In this document: in pieces, positions 46,590 to 59,198 of the stretch
Position numbering within the stretch: position 1 is the first letter of the stretch
How the letters are laid out: every line of letters starts with the position of its first letter
Origin: Piromyces finnis finn
Lineage: Eukaryota > Fungi > Neocallimastigomycota
Length of the DNA stretch: 64,000 nucleotides
Assembly: GCA_002104945.1 (NCBI GenBank)
Contig: MCFH01000010.1
Span: 744,001 to 808,000 of the forward strand
Direction: 5' to 3'
The notes under the pieces: model-generated
Told to the model about the DNA's origin: nothing
What the model saw: the letters and a program-made list of their open reading frames with translations, nothing else
The model's database searches: none
Made by a program: the position numbers and the translations under genes

Positions 46590-47728
46590 ATGTCAAAGGC
46601 AACACAATTTTTAACTATTGCAGGAGGCTGTGCTCTCGCTTGGCTTATTTTATCTTTACATAATGTTTTATTCCCATTCATTAAATTCCCACTTTGTCTT
46701 GAACAAATTTTACCAGTGGTAAATATCAAATAAAAGTGACTTTTTTTATATAACAATATATTTAAATTGAAAATGATTTTATTCCATTTACTTAATTAAG
46801 CAATCATCCATCAAAAATAAATCATAGTAAATATCAACAAAAATCTTTAATATAAACAAAGAAATAATAATGATAATATATGATTATTTAAATCTAGTGA
46901 TTAAATTAAACCTACAATATTTTAGTATCCCAGAGATTTTTTATACATATAAATTAAATCCAATTTGATAAGTAATTCAATATAAAGTTAAAAGTTTATT
47001 TATTTAATGAATATTCACAATAAAAATATTAAATAAATAAAATTTGGATATTTTGAGAAAAATAAATAGTTAAAAACTGGAATATATATTTTAAAATTCA
47101 ATGAAATCTACCAATATATGCATTGTTAGAACTTATTATTATTAATTTCTAAATGTTAATTTTTCATTATAGAATTTATAAATGTTGAAAATATAAATAT
47201 ATTTAATTATTAATACATAAATATTTATTCTAATTATTTCTATCCCAATACAAAAATATTTATGTTATTTCCAATACATTTATAAATTTTTGATATTGTT
47301 TTAAAATATATATTTTTAAATAATAAAACATAATGTTTAAAATAGAAAAGAGAAATTAATTATTTTTCTTTCTTTATATTTAATAAAAATATTAGATTCC
47401 ATGGGAATGCTTAATTGCTTTCTGCGCTTATTCTATGATTAATGTTGGTTGGAAATTAGTTACTTTTGTTGATACTCCAGAAGATTACAAAAGTCTTTTA
47501 AAGGTAAAAATTAACATTTTGACAATTAAACAAAATATATATATATAAATATATATTAAAAAAAAACTTTTTTCAAGAATAGTTTATTTTTATTATTACT
47601 ATATAATTATTATTTATAATAAAATTACTATATTAATACACAATTTATTATATTCATATATAAATAAAACCAAATAGGAAATCGATGCTGCTAAGGAAGA
47701 CTTACGTTCCAAGGGTTTAGACTTATAA
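46590..47728 (+). CDS. DPM3: Dolichol-phosphate mannosyltransferase subunit 3, 95 aa, 3 exons (46590-46718, 47396-47503, 47678-47728)
   Basis: All-phase-0 splicing gives MSKATQFLTIAGGCALAWLILSLHNVLFPFIKFPLCLEQILPV/IPWECLIAFCAYSMINVGWKLVTFVDTPEDYKSLLK/EIDAAKEDLRSKGLDL*, with two TM segments and the TF.D.PE...L.KEI..A..DL..KG tail of DPM3. Confidence 0.92.
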
Positions 47729-48259
47729 GTTGTCTTTTATATTAAGAATATTCGTTAAATTTCAAATAATGAAAATTAAAGTAAATAAATAGTAAAGGAT
47801 AAACAAATAAATTTAAAAAAAAAATAATAATAATAACTACATATTATTAAAAAAAAAAAAAAAAGAGTAAAATAAAATAAATTAACAAAAAAAAAAAAAT
47901 ATGTAGAATTTATTATATTTAACTAAATAGATTAATATAAAATATAATAATTTCAAAAAAAAATAATACTTTTAAAAGTAAACAACAAAATAAAATAAAA
48001 ATAAATTAAAAATGAGATTAAATATGACACAAAGAAAGATGATATTAACAATTATAAATAATTAGTACTGAATATATAATATAAAAGTATTTAGATAAAA
48101 AAAAAGTTGTAATAAAGATATTTTATAAGAAAGGTTGTATAACTTTTGTTTTGTTTATTATGTTATATATATATATTGAAAATACTAATTATCAGAAAAG
48201 TAGCGTTAAAATTTAGTAGGTTATTTTTTTTTTTTAAACTAGGATGAGGAATATTCTTC

Positions 48260-48298
<39 letters not shown>

Positions 48299-48420
48299 TT
48301 TTGTGATTTTACATTATATTAGATGATAATATATATTGATATAATGAATAATAATAAATAAAGTAAAATATATATAAATAAAAATAAAAATATATATAAT
48401 ATAAAATAATGATTTAAGTT

Positions 48421-48890
48421 GCATAAAAGTTAAATGAACTCTGCCATTTGTATTGTGTGGGATTGATACCTTCTTAATAAATTAAATGAAATAAAAAAGA
48501 GAAAAAACATCAGGTATGATAGTGTGGTATCCACTAAACTCTCTCATGAGTTTATAATGATTTTATTCGAAGAAATACTAACATTGAATCCTGCGTACAA
48601 AACATTTGTAATGTTACTTTGCCATATCGGTAAGACGTCGGTACTCTTTATTACATTAAGTATCTTACTAAGCTTATCAAAAAAAATAGCTTCATTGAGC
48701 TACTAATGATAAGGATTGTTTTTTTAATAAGAAAAACCGTGAAATCCTTTACCAATGAAATATAAAACAGACCCCAATGAACTGTAAAACTGTTCATTCA
48801 AATGTCTTTGTTCCGCCTTATCGATTTGCAGCTCATCATAAGTTAATGTTCCACCAAGAAGAAACGAATTTAGTAGATTATAATTGTATA
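48421..48890. other. Unexplained GC-elevated island (about 470 bp)
   Basis: Hand counts on two 60-bp lines give about 30% and 37% GC, versus about 5% on the line just upstream. I found no convincing gene model or known RNA motif. Confidence 0.5.
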
Positions 48891-51332
48891 AAATTTACTT
48901 TTTTTTTTTTTTCTTTTTTTAAATCTTTAAATATTGTCTTAGATTATGTATTTAACTTATCATTTTCAAATAAAAAGCCAAAATATCAACATTAATTTCT
49001 GTTAAAGAAACACTTCAAAATGAAAAAGGGGAATAATATAAAATATAAATTGGTTTAAAATGCATATGGATATATATAAAGAGAATTATAGAGCATATTC
49101 TTTTATATTACTATTAGCAAACATTCAAAATATATAACTAATATTTTCTATATAATTATCATTATTTATTCTATTATACTTAATTTTCATTTATATTACT
49201 TTTTTCAATAATATTAAAGAATAATATGTTAATATATTTTAATCTTTTAATTTGAATAAACAAATATTTTCTATCTATTTAAAAATTAAAAAGTAAAGGC
49301 AAAAGAAAAAATTCATAATAAATAAATTGGCTATAAATATAGAATTTAACTCTTATTTCATACTGCACAAAAATATAAAGAAAAATTTTATTTTCTACCA
49401 ATTTTTTTTTAAAAAAAAATTCTTTTAGTATGGAAGAAATATACTTTTTTTTTTTTTTGAGTATATCAAAAAAAATAATAATAATAATTAATAATTATTA
49501 TAAAAGAAACAAAAGCTTTTGATTTTTATTATATAATTGATGAGTATGTTACAAAATAACCATTTTAAATTATAATGTATTTAAAAAAATTTTATTTTTA
49601 ATATTTTGAATATAACTTTTAATTTATAGGGAAAATTTATATAGTATGGCAAATTCAAACTATGATTATTATTTTTTTTAGCAATTTTTAATCTATATAA
49701 TTTAGGATATTTATTATATTTAGTACTAACAATAATAAAAAACGGCCTAAAGATTTAATTTCAATTCAGAAGGTTTTCATTACTCAATTTAAAATATATA
49801 TATATCATATGATGAAATTAAAGTAATTCATTTACAGGTAATATAGATATAATAAAACAGAGTATTAATTTAAAAAGTAATGAAATTTATTTTTTTCAAA
49901 AATAAAAAATAAAAATAATAACAATATCAATAATTAATAAATTTTTATTAATGTTTATTTTTTAATAATTAAAATTTTTAAATAGTTATAATCTAAAAAA
50001 GAATTTAAATAATATTATAATAAAAATTAATATTCCTTGTTTATTCTTTATACTATTTTTGCTAAATGCAATCAATTCAAGAAAAATTATACTCTTATTA
50101 ATCTCTATTCCTATAACTATTTTATAATCATAAATCATATTCATTTAAAAAAATCAATAATACTATTTTATTAATTAAAAAATAGTTAATAACAAATGGC
50201 ATTTAATAATAAAAGACAAAAGGCACATTTATCTTTTTTTATTTTTATGTGATTCTTCAATATTAATTGAAATTGTTGTTTAGAATTTGGATTATACTTT
50301 CTATATATTCTATTAAAACAATAAATTTAATTAAACAAAAATAGTAAAGTCATCCTAATTAAAAAACATAATTTTAAAATTTTTAATTTAATAGATTTAA
50401 TATAAATTTTATTATATTATTAAATAAATAAATAGCAAAATCCATCGATAACTAAATAAACTGTAAATTTTTAATTTCTAATATTCTTTTATTCCATCTA
50501 TATTAATATAATACTTTATAATAAATATTACAGTATATTATACAATATATATAATTCTTTTTTACTTTATTCTTAATATATTAAAATATGGTTAGACTAT
50601 GGAAATATTTAAATATATTTTATCCCCATAAATATTATCCAATAGAATTTTATGGATAATCTTTATTTAATTTTTTTTTTTACCAATAAATACTATTTAC
50701 CATTTCATGTTTTTTTTGACATTATAAATATATAATATTATAGATATAATTAATTATGTATATTATGAACATTATGAATATTATATATAGTAATATATAT
50801 ATATTATCCTAATTTAATAATATTTTTTTCCTAAGATAAAAGCATACAAAAAAAATATAATAAAGATACATTGATCAACTTCAATGTGTGTAGCATTTTT
50901 ATACTAATAATAAGAAGAAAAGATAAAATTGTATTAAAAGAGTATTCTTCAGTTAAAAAAGTAGCAATTTTCTATATTCGAATGAACTAGTTTGTTCGAT
51001 GATTTTTAAGTAATATAATAGAATAATTTCTTTATTTAGTTAAATTAAATAGTAAAATTTTATAGTAAAATATTCTATAATTTTTACTTTTTAAAGGTAT
51101 TAATAATACGAGTGAATAATTACTGCTTTATATAATACAATATATTGATATTATTTTTTTATTTTTAAATTCAATAGTTATATATAAAAAATAAATGATT
51201 AGCTTAATTGAAATAGAAGCAATATTGTTTTGATGTTTATTTTTAAGAAATAGCTTTTTATATAAAGTAATCACCAAAAATCATAATTTTTTTTTAATTA
51301 TATTATTATAAATTAATAAAAATTAGAATGAA

Positions 51333-51334
<2 letters not shown>

Positions 51335-51424
<90 letters not shown>

Positions 51425-51436
51425 GAATAATAATAA

Positions 51437-51472
<36 letters not shown>

Positions 51473-51648
51473 TAAAAATAAGAATAAGAATAATAAAAAT
51501 AAGAATAAGAATAATAAGAATAATAATAATAAGAATAATAATAAGAATAATAATAAGAATAAGAATAATAATAATAATAATAATAATAAGAATAAGAATA
51601 AGAATAATAATAAGAATAAGAATAATAATAAGAATAATAATTAGAATA
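51335..51648. repeat. Compound (AAT)n / (AAT-AAG variant) microsatellite, about 310 bp
   Basis: Pure AAT run to about 51422, then AAT interleaved with AAGAAT and AAAAAT variants. Confidence 0.95.
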
Positions 51649-52907
51649 AATAAATAATTTAAATAACTCAAAATTTTATATCAAACAATCAATTAATTAA
51701 TTACTTTTCTATTATATAATTAAATAACTAAACTAAATAATATTTATTTTCAAGTAATAATAGAACAAAGCATATTTATAATAATTAAATTTTAAACTAT
51801 ACTTTGTGATATAAATTTTTATTGTGATTATGTTTTAGCGAAATTAAGATGTTACAACCTTAATAAAGTTCTATTATTAATGTCATGAGGGATTTATGAA
51901 TGACATGCCATAGTGTAGTTAATTAAATAATCATTCAATATAATTTTATTTTGACTACATAGAAAAAATTAAATTTAATAATCTTTAATTATAATTAAAA
52001 ATAGAGTATTAAAAACTTCATATTTCTCTTAAATATTTTAAATATATTATACAACTTTATATTTCTTTTTTTATTATTATTTTTTTAAATTTAAAATATA
52101 AGAATAACATATATATATATAAGTAACAATTTTATATTTTTTAACTTTGTTATTTTTAGTAATTTGTTCAGGTTTGTTATTTGTAAATCAAAGTTTATTG
52201 AATTTAAAATTTGTATGCTAAAGTTATCACATGGATAAAAAAGTTTTTGTATAGATTTTTATGGTTAGAAACAAAGTAAGTTGAATATTACATTTTTAAT
52301 ATAATTAAAATTTAAGGATATACAAAAAGATCATATATAAATATTAAGTATATAACGTATGCAGTCTAAATATTTGTATAGTAAATACTAACCAAAAAAA
52401 TATATATATATATAATATTTCAAACAATTAATTTATATAAATTTAATATCAATATATTTAATTAAATTGTTTTAAGCATATTTTATATCAAATAAAATTA
52501 ATAAATTTAGAATAATATTAAATTATAATAACAATATATTGATTATATTTAATAATTAAATAGATTATATCTTAATATATAATTGTGTTGCTATGAATAT
52601 AAAAATTCATGGCAAAGTCAATTTTTCCTTTTTTTTCTTCAAAGTAAAAAATTATCGATTTTTAAATAATAGGAATTCCAACCACCAAATAATAATAACA
52701 AATAGTAATTGAGAAATAAAATAAATTTTAATGTTCTTTTTTTTTTATCATTACAATAAAATAATAATTTTAGCATTTAAATTAAGCTAAATGGTATTGT
52801 GGCATTCTAGTTTCATTCTTTAATATCATATGTAATATTTTTTTTAAATATAATAAATGAATTAGACCATTTTATTTCCATATTAAAAAATGACCAATTA
52901 AAAATTG

Positions 52908-52948
52908 AAAAAAGGACACTATTATGTACTATATAGTGTACCTTTTTT
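52908..52948. other. Near-perfect inverted repeat (hairpin)
   Basis: AAAAAAGGACACTAT - 10-nt loop - ATAGTGTACCTTTTTT: 15 complementary pairs with one bulged A. Confidence 0.7.
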
Positions 52949-54606
52949 ATCATTACTTTCTATATGGTGTATTGGAAACATAAATAGAACAGAAATTATA
53001 TATTCTACTATATAAAATGCATACTGGATCCTTTAACTGATCATCTGTTTTTCAATGAACAATTAAGAGGTCTTGAAAATTTAATTCTTATAATTAACCA
53101 GTTTTTATGGCGTTTTTTTTTTTTTAAATCTATATTCAATAGAAGTATTTTAAGAAACCTTTGCTATAAAGCAATTATTAATTTATAGTTTTATATATAT
53201 TTAATTTTTAATTTTTAATATATATGGTATATCAATAATTTCTAATGATGGGTTAGTAAATATTGAGAATTATTAGTTAATCATTTCAAATTTAATATAA
53301 TGTATGTTTGTTTTATAATATTTAAAGTTTATTAATATATTAAAATTATTAATATATGATAAATTTATAATAAATGAAAATTTATCTTTTAAATTTTGAG
53401 GCTTATTCTAGACCTTTAAATATTTAATACAAATACATAAATTGATTAGTTTGTAGACAATATAGTAAATTAATAATATAAATTTAATTCTTTTGGTTGT
53501 TAATATAATGTAATATACCACAATATATATAGATGATAAATTAGAAAGTACCAAAAAAAAAACTTTTATTAATTAATAAATATATTATATTATTTAATTA
53601 ATAATAGTTTGGTTTTTAATATTAATACTATATGGGCAGGTTAAGTTCAAGCTATTAGAAATTATGCCATAAACAATTCATAAGTTTAGCTAATTTAAAC
53701 TTTATATGTATTGTGTAATTCTGCATTAAATATTATCTTAATTATAACATTATTTTTTTATAAATATATAATTACTTAAATTATATATGGCGTTAGTCCA
53801 ATATTATTTGAAGGTGATAGATTTTTTATTATAATCCACTATAAAAAAATATTTTGATATATTTTCACTATATCATATATTATAATGATGTGAAACCCAC
53901 CACCATACTAATTGTACAATTTTTGTGTTTTATAGAAAATCGAAATTTTAAAAAATATTTGATTTTATTTTATATGGATCCAATATATAATTATATATAC
54001 GAATAGCATTTAAGTATATATAAAAAATAAAATAATATATTTTTATATAATAAAAATTAAAGTTTTAAATAAAATGAATAGTATTAAATTGAAGTGTTAT
54101 TTTTAAAGTCTATAATAGTTAAATTTATTAAAAATTTTATTAAAAACATATATAATAATATATTAAAATATATTAAGAGATGAAATTAAATTTGTTTTTT
54201 TTTATATTGAAAAAAACTAATTTAATTTTTAATAGACAATATATAAATTTTATTAATTTATAAGGTTTTTATTTTATTTTTTTTTATTTTTAATTATATA
54301 TTAAGTTTCTAATAAGTTTTTAAAAATAAAACCTATAAAAAGAAGAAAAATTCCTTCATATTTTTAAATGAAAACTTAAAAATATTTTTAAAGAAAAAAA
54401 ATATAAACAATAAATAAAATAAAAAAAATTTATAATTAAGCAATAAAAATAATATTATAATTTTTTATTGTAAATAGTAAATAAATATTTAAAAAAAAAA
54501 CAAAAATAAATCAAGAAAAGTGAAAATAAAAACAAATAAAAAATATTCAAAACAAAAATATAATATAAAATACAAGTATAATAAAAAAATAAGTATATAA
54601 AAAAAA

Positions 54607-54921
54607 ATGCCACTTAATCTTGTTGAACACACTATAACTTACTCCTCTGCTTCAGCAAAATCTGTTAAATTAGTAGGAAAATTCGGTAATTGGACAGGAT
54701 GTATGGATATGAAGAAGGAAGAAGGTGATGGTGATGACTGTATGAACTATTACCATTCTAAAGTTTTTGTTCCAGAAGGTTGTACTATTAAATATAAGTT
54801 CTTTGTTAATAACAAACATTGGGGTTTTGATCCATATATTGAATCAACTATAGATGATGATGGTTTTAGAGTAAACATTACTCAAGTGTCCTCTGATACT
54901 GAAGAATCAGATGCTGACTAA
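54607..54921 (+). CDS. Stand-alone CBM48 / AMPK-beta-type glycogen-binding domain protein, copy A (104 aa, intronless)
   Basis: ITYSSASAKSVKLVGKFGNW...YKFFVNNKHWGFDP...DDDGFRVN matches the V.L.G.F..W ... YKF.V.G.W..DP ... G..NN pattern of this fold. Confidence 0.85.
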   Translation: MPLNLVEHTITYSSASAKSVKLVGKFGNWTGCMDMKKEEGDGDDCMNYYHSKVFVPEGCTIKYKFFVNNKHWGFDPYIESTIDDDGFRVNITQVSSDTEESDAD

Positions 54922-54929
54922 TTTTTTTG

Positions 54930-54989
54930 ATACTTTTAAAATGTGTTATTTCTAATTATAAATAAAATCATAACACATTAAAAAAGTAT
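54930..54989 (+). other. 20-bp-arm inverted repeat immediately 3' of CBM48 copy A
   Basis: ATACTTTTAAAATGTGTTAT (54930-54949) and ATAACACATTAAAAAAGTAT (54970-54989) pair at 18 of 20 positions around a 20-nt loop. Confidence 0.65.
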
Positions 54990-56371
54990 GAAAAATTATG
55001 GTCGTTTTTATATTTACTCTATTATCCAAATATTTATTAGCTATTCTATTAGCAACATAGAGTAAAATTTAATAAATATGTGGAGTAAATGTTTTAATAT
55101 TATTATTTATTCTCAATAATGCATAGCAAATTGAAAATAGATAAAATAGATATATTTATCTATAAACATCATTAATAATTATTATATATATTTATATAAT
55201 AAACATACATATACAAATATATTATATTTTTTCTCTAATAAGTTATCAATTATTAGTGAATTAATTTATTACAGTTTTAATAATAATATCAAATGTTTAT
55301 TGAATTCAGAAAGAAAATTTATACATTAAGGAGAAATAAAAATAACGTCTTAGTGGATAGTCTTTCATTCTTTAATAAACATTTGAAAAAAATAATAATA
55401 GTTAAAAAAAGCAAAAGAAAAAATTTAAAACTTTGTAAATATTATTAAATTATTACAATTTCATATTAATAATATATATTAATAATATTAAATAAATAAA
55501 TAAAAAAATAAAAGTATATTTAAATAATATAAAGTATTGTGTATTGTTGGTGATAATGGAATAAATATAAATTGAAAAAATGTATTAATTTGAAAATTGG
55601 TAAAATAATATTGGAATATAAAATTTTTGCTAAGTTTTAAAAAAACTTCAAAAAATATAAATTATTTTTAACTTTTAGTGTGCTGATAATGGGTGGTAAT
55701 TATTACAACAAAAACAATTAGAATTTTAATTTTTTTTATAGTAAAATACAATGAAACATTTAAAAAAACGAATCATAAATATTATATAGATAGTTTTGAT
55801 CATATGATCAAAATTAAAAAAAGTTTTCTAAAGTATCTTCAAAACTTTACTGTTATTATTGATTAGCTAAACTATTTGTATTTCAATGAAATTTATTTTA
55901 AAGTTTAAACATAAAAAAATAAACAATTATAATAAAATAATGAAAAAGGTACATTAAAAGAGTGTGATATATGTAAAAAAAAATTTTTTTTTTTATTAAT
56001 TTTTTGATTTCTATTTTCGAAAATTCTTATAATTAAAGTTTGATCCATCGACCAATATTATCTTTTTATTTTTTACTAAAAGTTATTGGCTAGAAACTTA
56101 AATTACAGATATCTATTATTATTTAAAATGTTAAAATTTTCATTATTAGTTTCTTTTTTGATAAAAATTTATTGATAAAGAAAACAAACCGCTCTATTTA
56201 TTATACAAAAATAGATAATATATCATTAAAAAAAAATAAATAAATAGATAAATAAAAAGTATTTCATTATTTAAATACATTAAATAGGCAACAAAATAAA
56301 ATAAAAAGAATAGGTATTAAAAATAAATAAATAAATAAATATATATATATTTATTTATTTCAAGTAACAAA

Positions 56372-56662
56372 ATGACAAGAAATCTTGTTGAATATACCAT
56401 TACATATTCTTCTGCGTCAGCAAATTCCGTTAAATTAGTTGGAAAATTCGGTAATTGGACTGGTTGTATAGATATGAAAAAGAAAACAAGTGAAGGAGAT
56501 GACGATGACTGCATGAATCATTACCATTCAATTGTATATGTTCCAAAAGGTTGTACCATTCAGTATCGATTCTTTGTTAATAATAAGCATTGGGGTTTCG
56601 ATCCGTATATTGCCTCAACTATTGATGATAGTGGTTTTAGAGTAAATGTTGCAAAGGTATAG
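56372..56662 (+). CDS. Stand-alone CBM48 / AMPK-beta-type glycogen-binding domain protein, copy B (96 aa, intronless)
   Basis: Same motifs as copy A. Manual alignment gives 76 of 94 identical residues (about 81%). Confidence 0.85.
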   Translation: MTRNLVEYTITYSSASANSVKLVGKFGNWTGCIDMKKKTSEGDDDDCMNHYHSIVYVPKGCTIQYRFFVNNKHWGFDPYIASTIDDSGFRVNVAKV

Positions 56663-56958
56663 AAGAAGAATAGCAGCATACATATATTCAAAAAAAAAAA
56701 AAAAAGGACTAAAATATATTTGGTTTAATAAACTTTATTTTATAGTCCAAATGCACTTTATAAACATAGATATTTTTCTTTTTTTTTATAAAAAAAAATA
56801 AAAATATAGAATTTTCTAATAAAATATAGTAAAGAATAAGTAGTTGAGAATATCTATATTTATTCTTTTGATATTACTATAGTTTAATAATTGTAAATAA
56901 TATTAAATCTTTTAATGATATATTTATCAAAACAATATCCCATACCTAATATTTTTGG

Positions 56959-56993
<35 letters not shown>

Positions 56994-57882
56994 ATTCTTT
57001 ATAATTATAGAAAAAAAAAAAAAAATAAAAAAAAAAAATAAAAAAATAATAATAATAATAATAATTTCTATTAAAAAAAATAAAATAAATATTTTTTATA
57101 TCACATTCTATCATTTTATTTCTCTCTCGAATATACCTTTTTTTTTTTTTTCTAAATAAAAAAAAATATATATATTTCAATAAACTCTATCTTTCTTTTA
57201 TTTTTATTATTAATATTTCAATTATTTATTTATTTATTTATTTATTTATACAAAAATCTAATAAAATCATTCTTTTATAAAATAGTGTTTTATGAAAAAA
57301 AAAAAAATATATATTTAGATTTTTATTATTTTTTTATTTATAATTTTATTTATTATTTTTGTTAGCTTGAATGATTTGTTTTTTATTAATTATAGGATAA
57401 TACAAAATTTATATATTAATTATATATTGATAAAAAAGTTTTATGTATTTGTTATAATTATTATTATTATAATTATTCTTTTTTTTTTTTTTTAATTTTA
57501 AACCATTTATACCATTTATAGTTTGAAGAAATATATTAGGAAAAAATATATATATATATTAATTAAAGTAAAAGTAATACTATTAGGAGTAAGAAGGGAA
57601 AAAAAAAAAAATCTTATTTTTCTAAATAATTAAGAATTTTTTTTTTTTTTTTAATCATTAATCATTTGCTTTTAAATTTATATATTATGAATTACTGGGT
57701 TTTTTTAGATTATTCTTTTTTTATATATATATAATTTTACTATCATTGTTTTTTTTTCCTTTTTTTTTTTTTTTTTTTTTTTATTTCCTATTATGTTAAT
57801 CCATTTAGATTAATTAATTCATTAGCAAAAATAAATAAATAAAAAGTCATCATTGATTAACTGTTTTTTTTTTTTTTTTTTT

Positions 57883-58726
57883 TTAGTTTTCAACTAAGTA
57901 TGGATTAACATAGGCAAAGCCATCAAATAATTCTTGTTCAAATGGATCTAAGAAACATTGTACTGGGGTTAAAACTGGTGGCTCCTTTGTGAATTCTTCA
58001 TCGAATAATGATACATCAACCTTTGATTTCTGTTTTCATTTAAAATAAATAAAAATTTAAAAAAAAAAAAAAAAAAAATTAATAATGCAAGATTTTTTAA
58101 AGGGTGAAGTTGTGAAAACTTATTTAATAATAAAAATTATTTAAAATTACCAAGGTTGGAACATATGGTGGTGGAATACGTTTTTCAAGCATAGCTTGCC
58201 AGTCAACATCACTAAAGAAGGCTTGTGCCTTAATTTCTTGGGCATCCTTTGCTGAATAACCAAGTCTTTGGGTTGGATTCTTTTTTAATAAACCACGACA
58301 AACAGTCATAGCATCCTTACCCATGCTAGATGGATAGTGTGGTTGAGTATTAATAATATTTTCAAAGATTTCTTCATCATCTTCACCAGAGAATGGTGCT
58401 TCCTTAACAATCATTTCATAAATTAAAACACCAAAAGTCCACCAATCGACAGCTCTTGTATATGGACTACCAATTAAGATTTCTGGTGCAATAAATTCAG
58501 GAGTACCACAGAAAGTTTTAGTGGTAGCATTCCATTTCATATTACCCTTACATAAACCGAAATCAGTTAATTTAATATGACCTTCAACAGTTAACAAGAT
58601 ATTATCTAACTTAAGATCACGGTAAATAATATCCTTTGAATGGAGATATTCTAAAGCTAATAAAACTTCGGATAAATAGAACCTGATTTTTTTTTTTATA
58701 AAGATTATATTATTATTGTTAGAATA

Positions 58727-58762
<36 letters not shown>

Positions 58763-59166
58763 TTGTAAAGTTTTTGTATATAATTTAATATTTTTTAACT
58801 TTAAAAAAAATACTTAATGCTATTTGAAACTTACTTTGCACGAGCCTTGTTGAAACCCTTCTTTCCAATATGAGAAATTAAATCACCACATTGACAATAT
58901 TCCATAACGAAATAAATTCTTGTAGTAGTAGAGAAACAAGAATGAAGGTTAACTAAGAATGGATGATTAACTTGAGAGGCAGCAAGGAATGCTGATTTTT
59001 CATTCATCATACTTTGAACTTCATCATCTTCAATAATAGCTTGCTTCTTTAAAACTTTAATTGCATATAATCTCTTTGAAGTCTTTTCTTCAGCTAACAT
59101 AACCTACATATTTTATCGTATAATATTTAATAAAGGGTATTATTTAAATTTTATATAAACTAAATT

Positions 59167-59198
<32 letters not shown>

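Noticed and set aside
48421-48890. Assignment of the GC island to a specific known RNA (U3, U5, U14, snR30/U17, RNase MRP, SRP, telomerase)
   Set aside because: Only partial, chance-level motif resemblances (e.g. CCTTTACC versus the U5 loop, TTGGGG versus MRP P4). The required partner motifs were not found, so it is left unassigned.
51306-51671. Poly-Ile ORFs on both strands
   Set aside because: They are translations of the compound AAT microsatellite.
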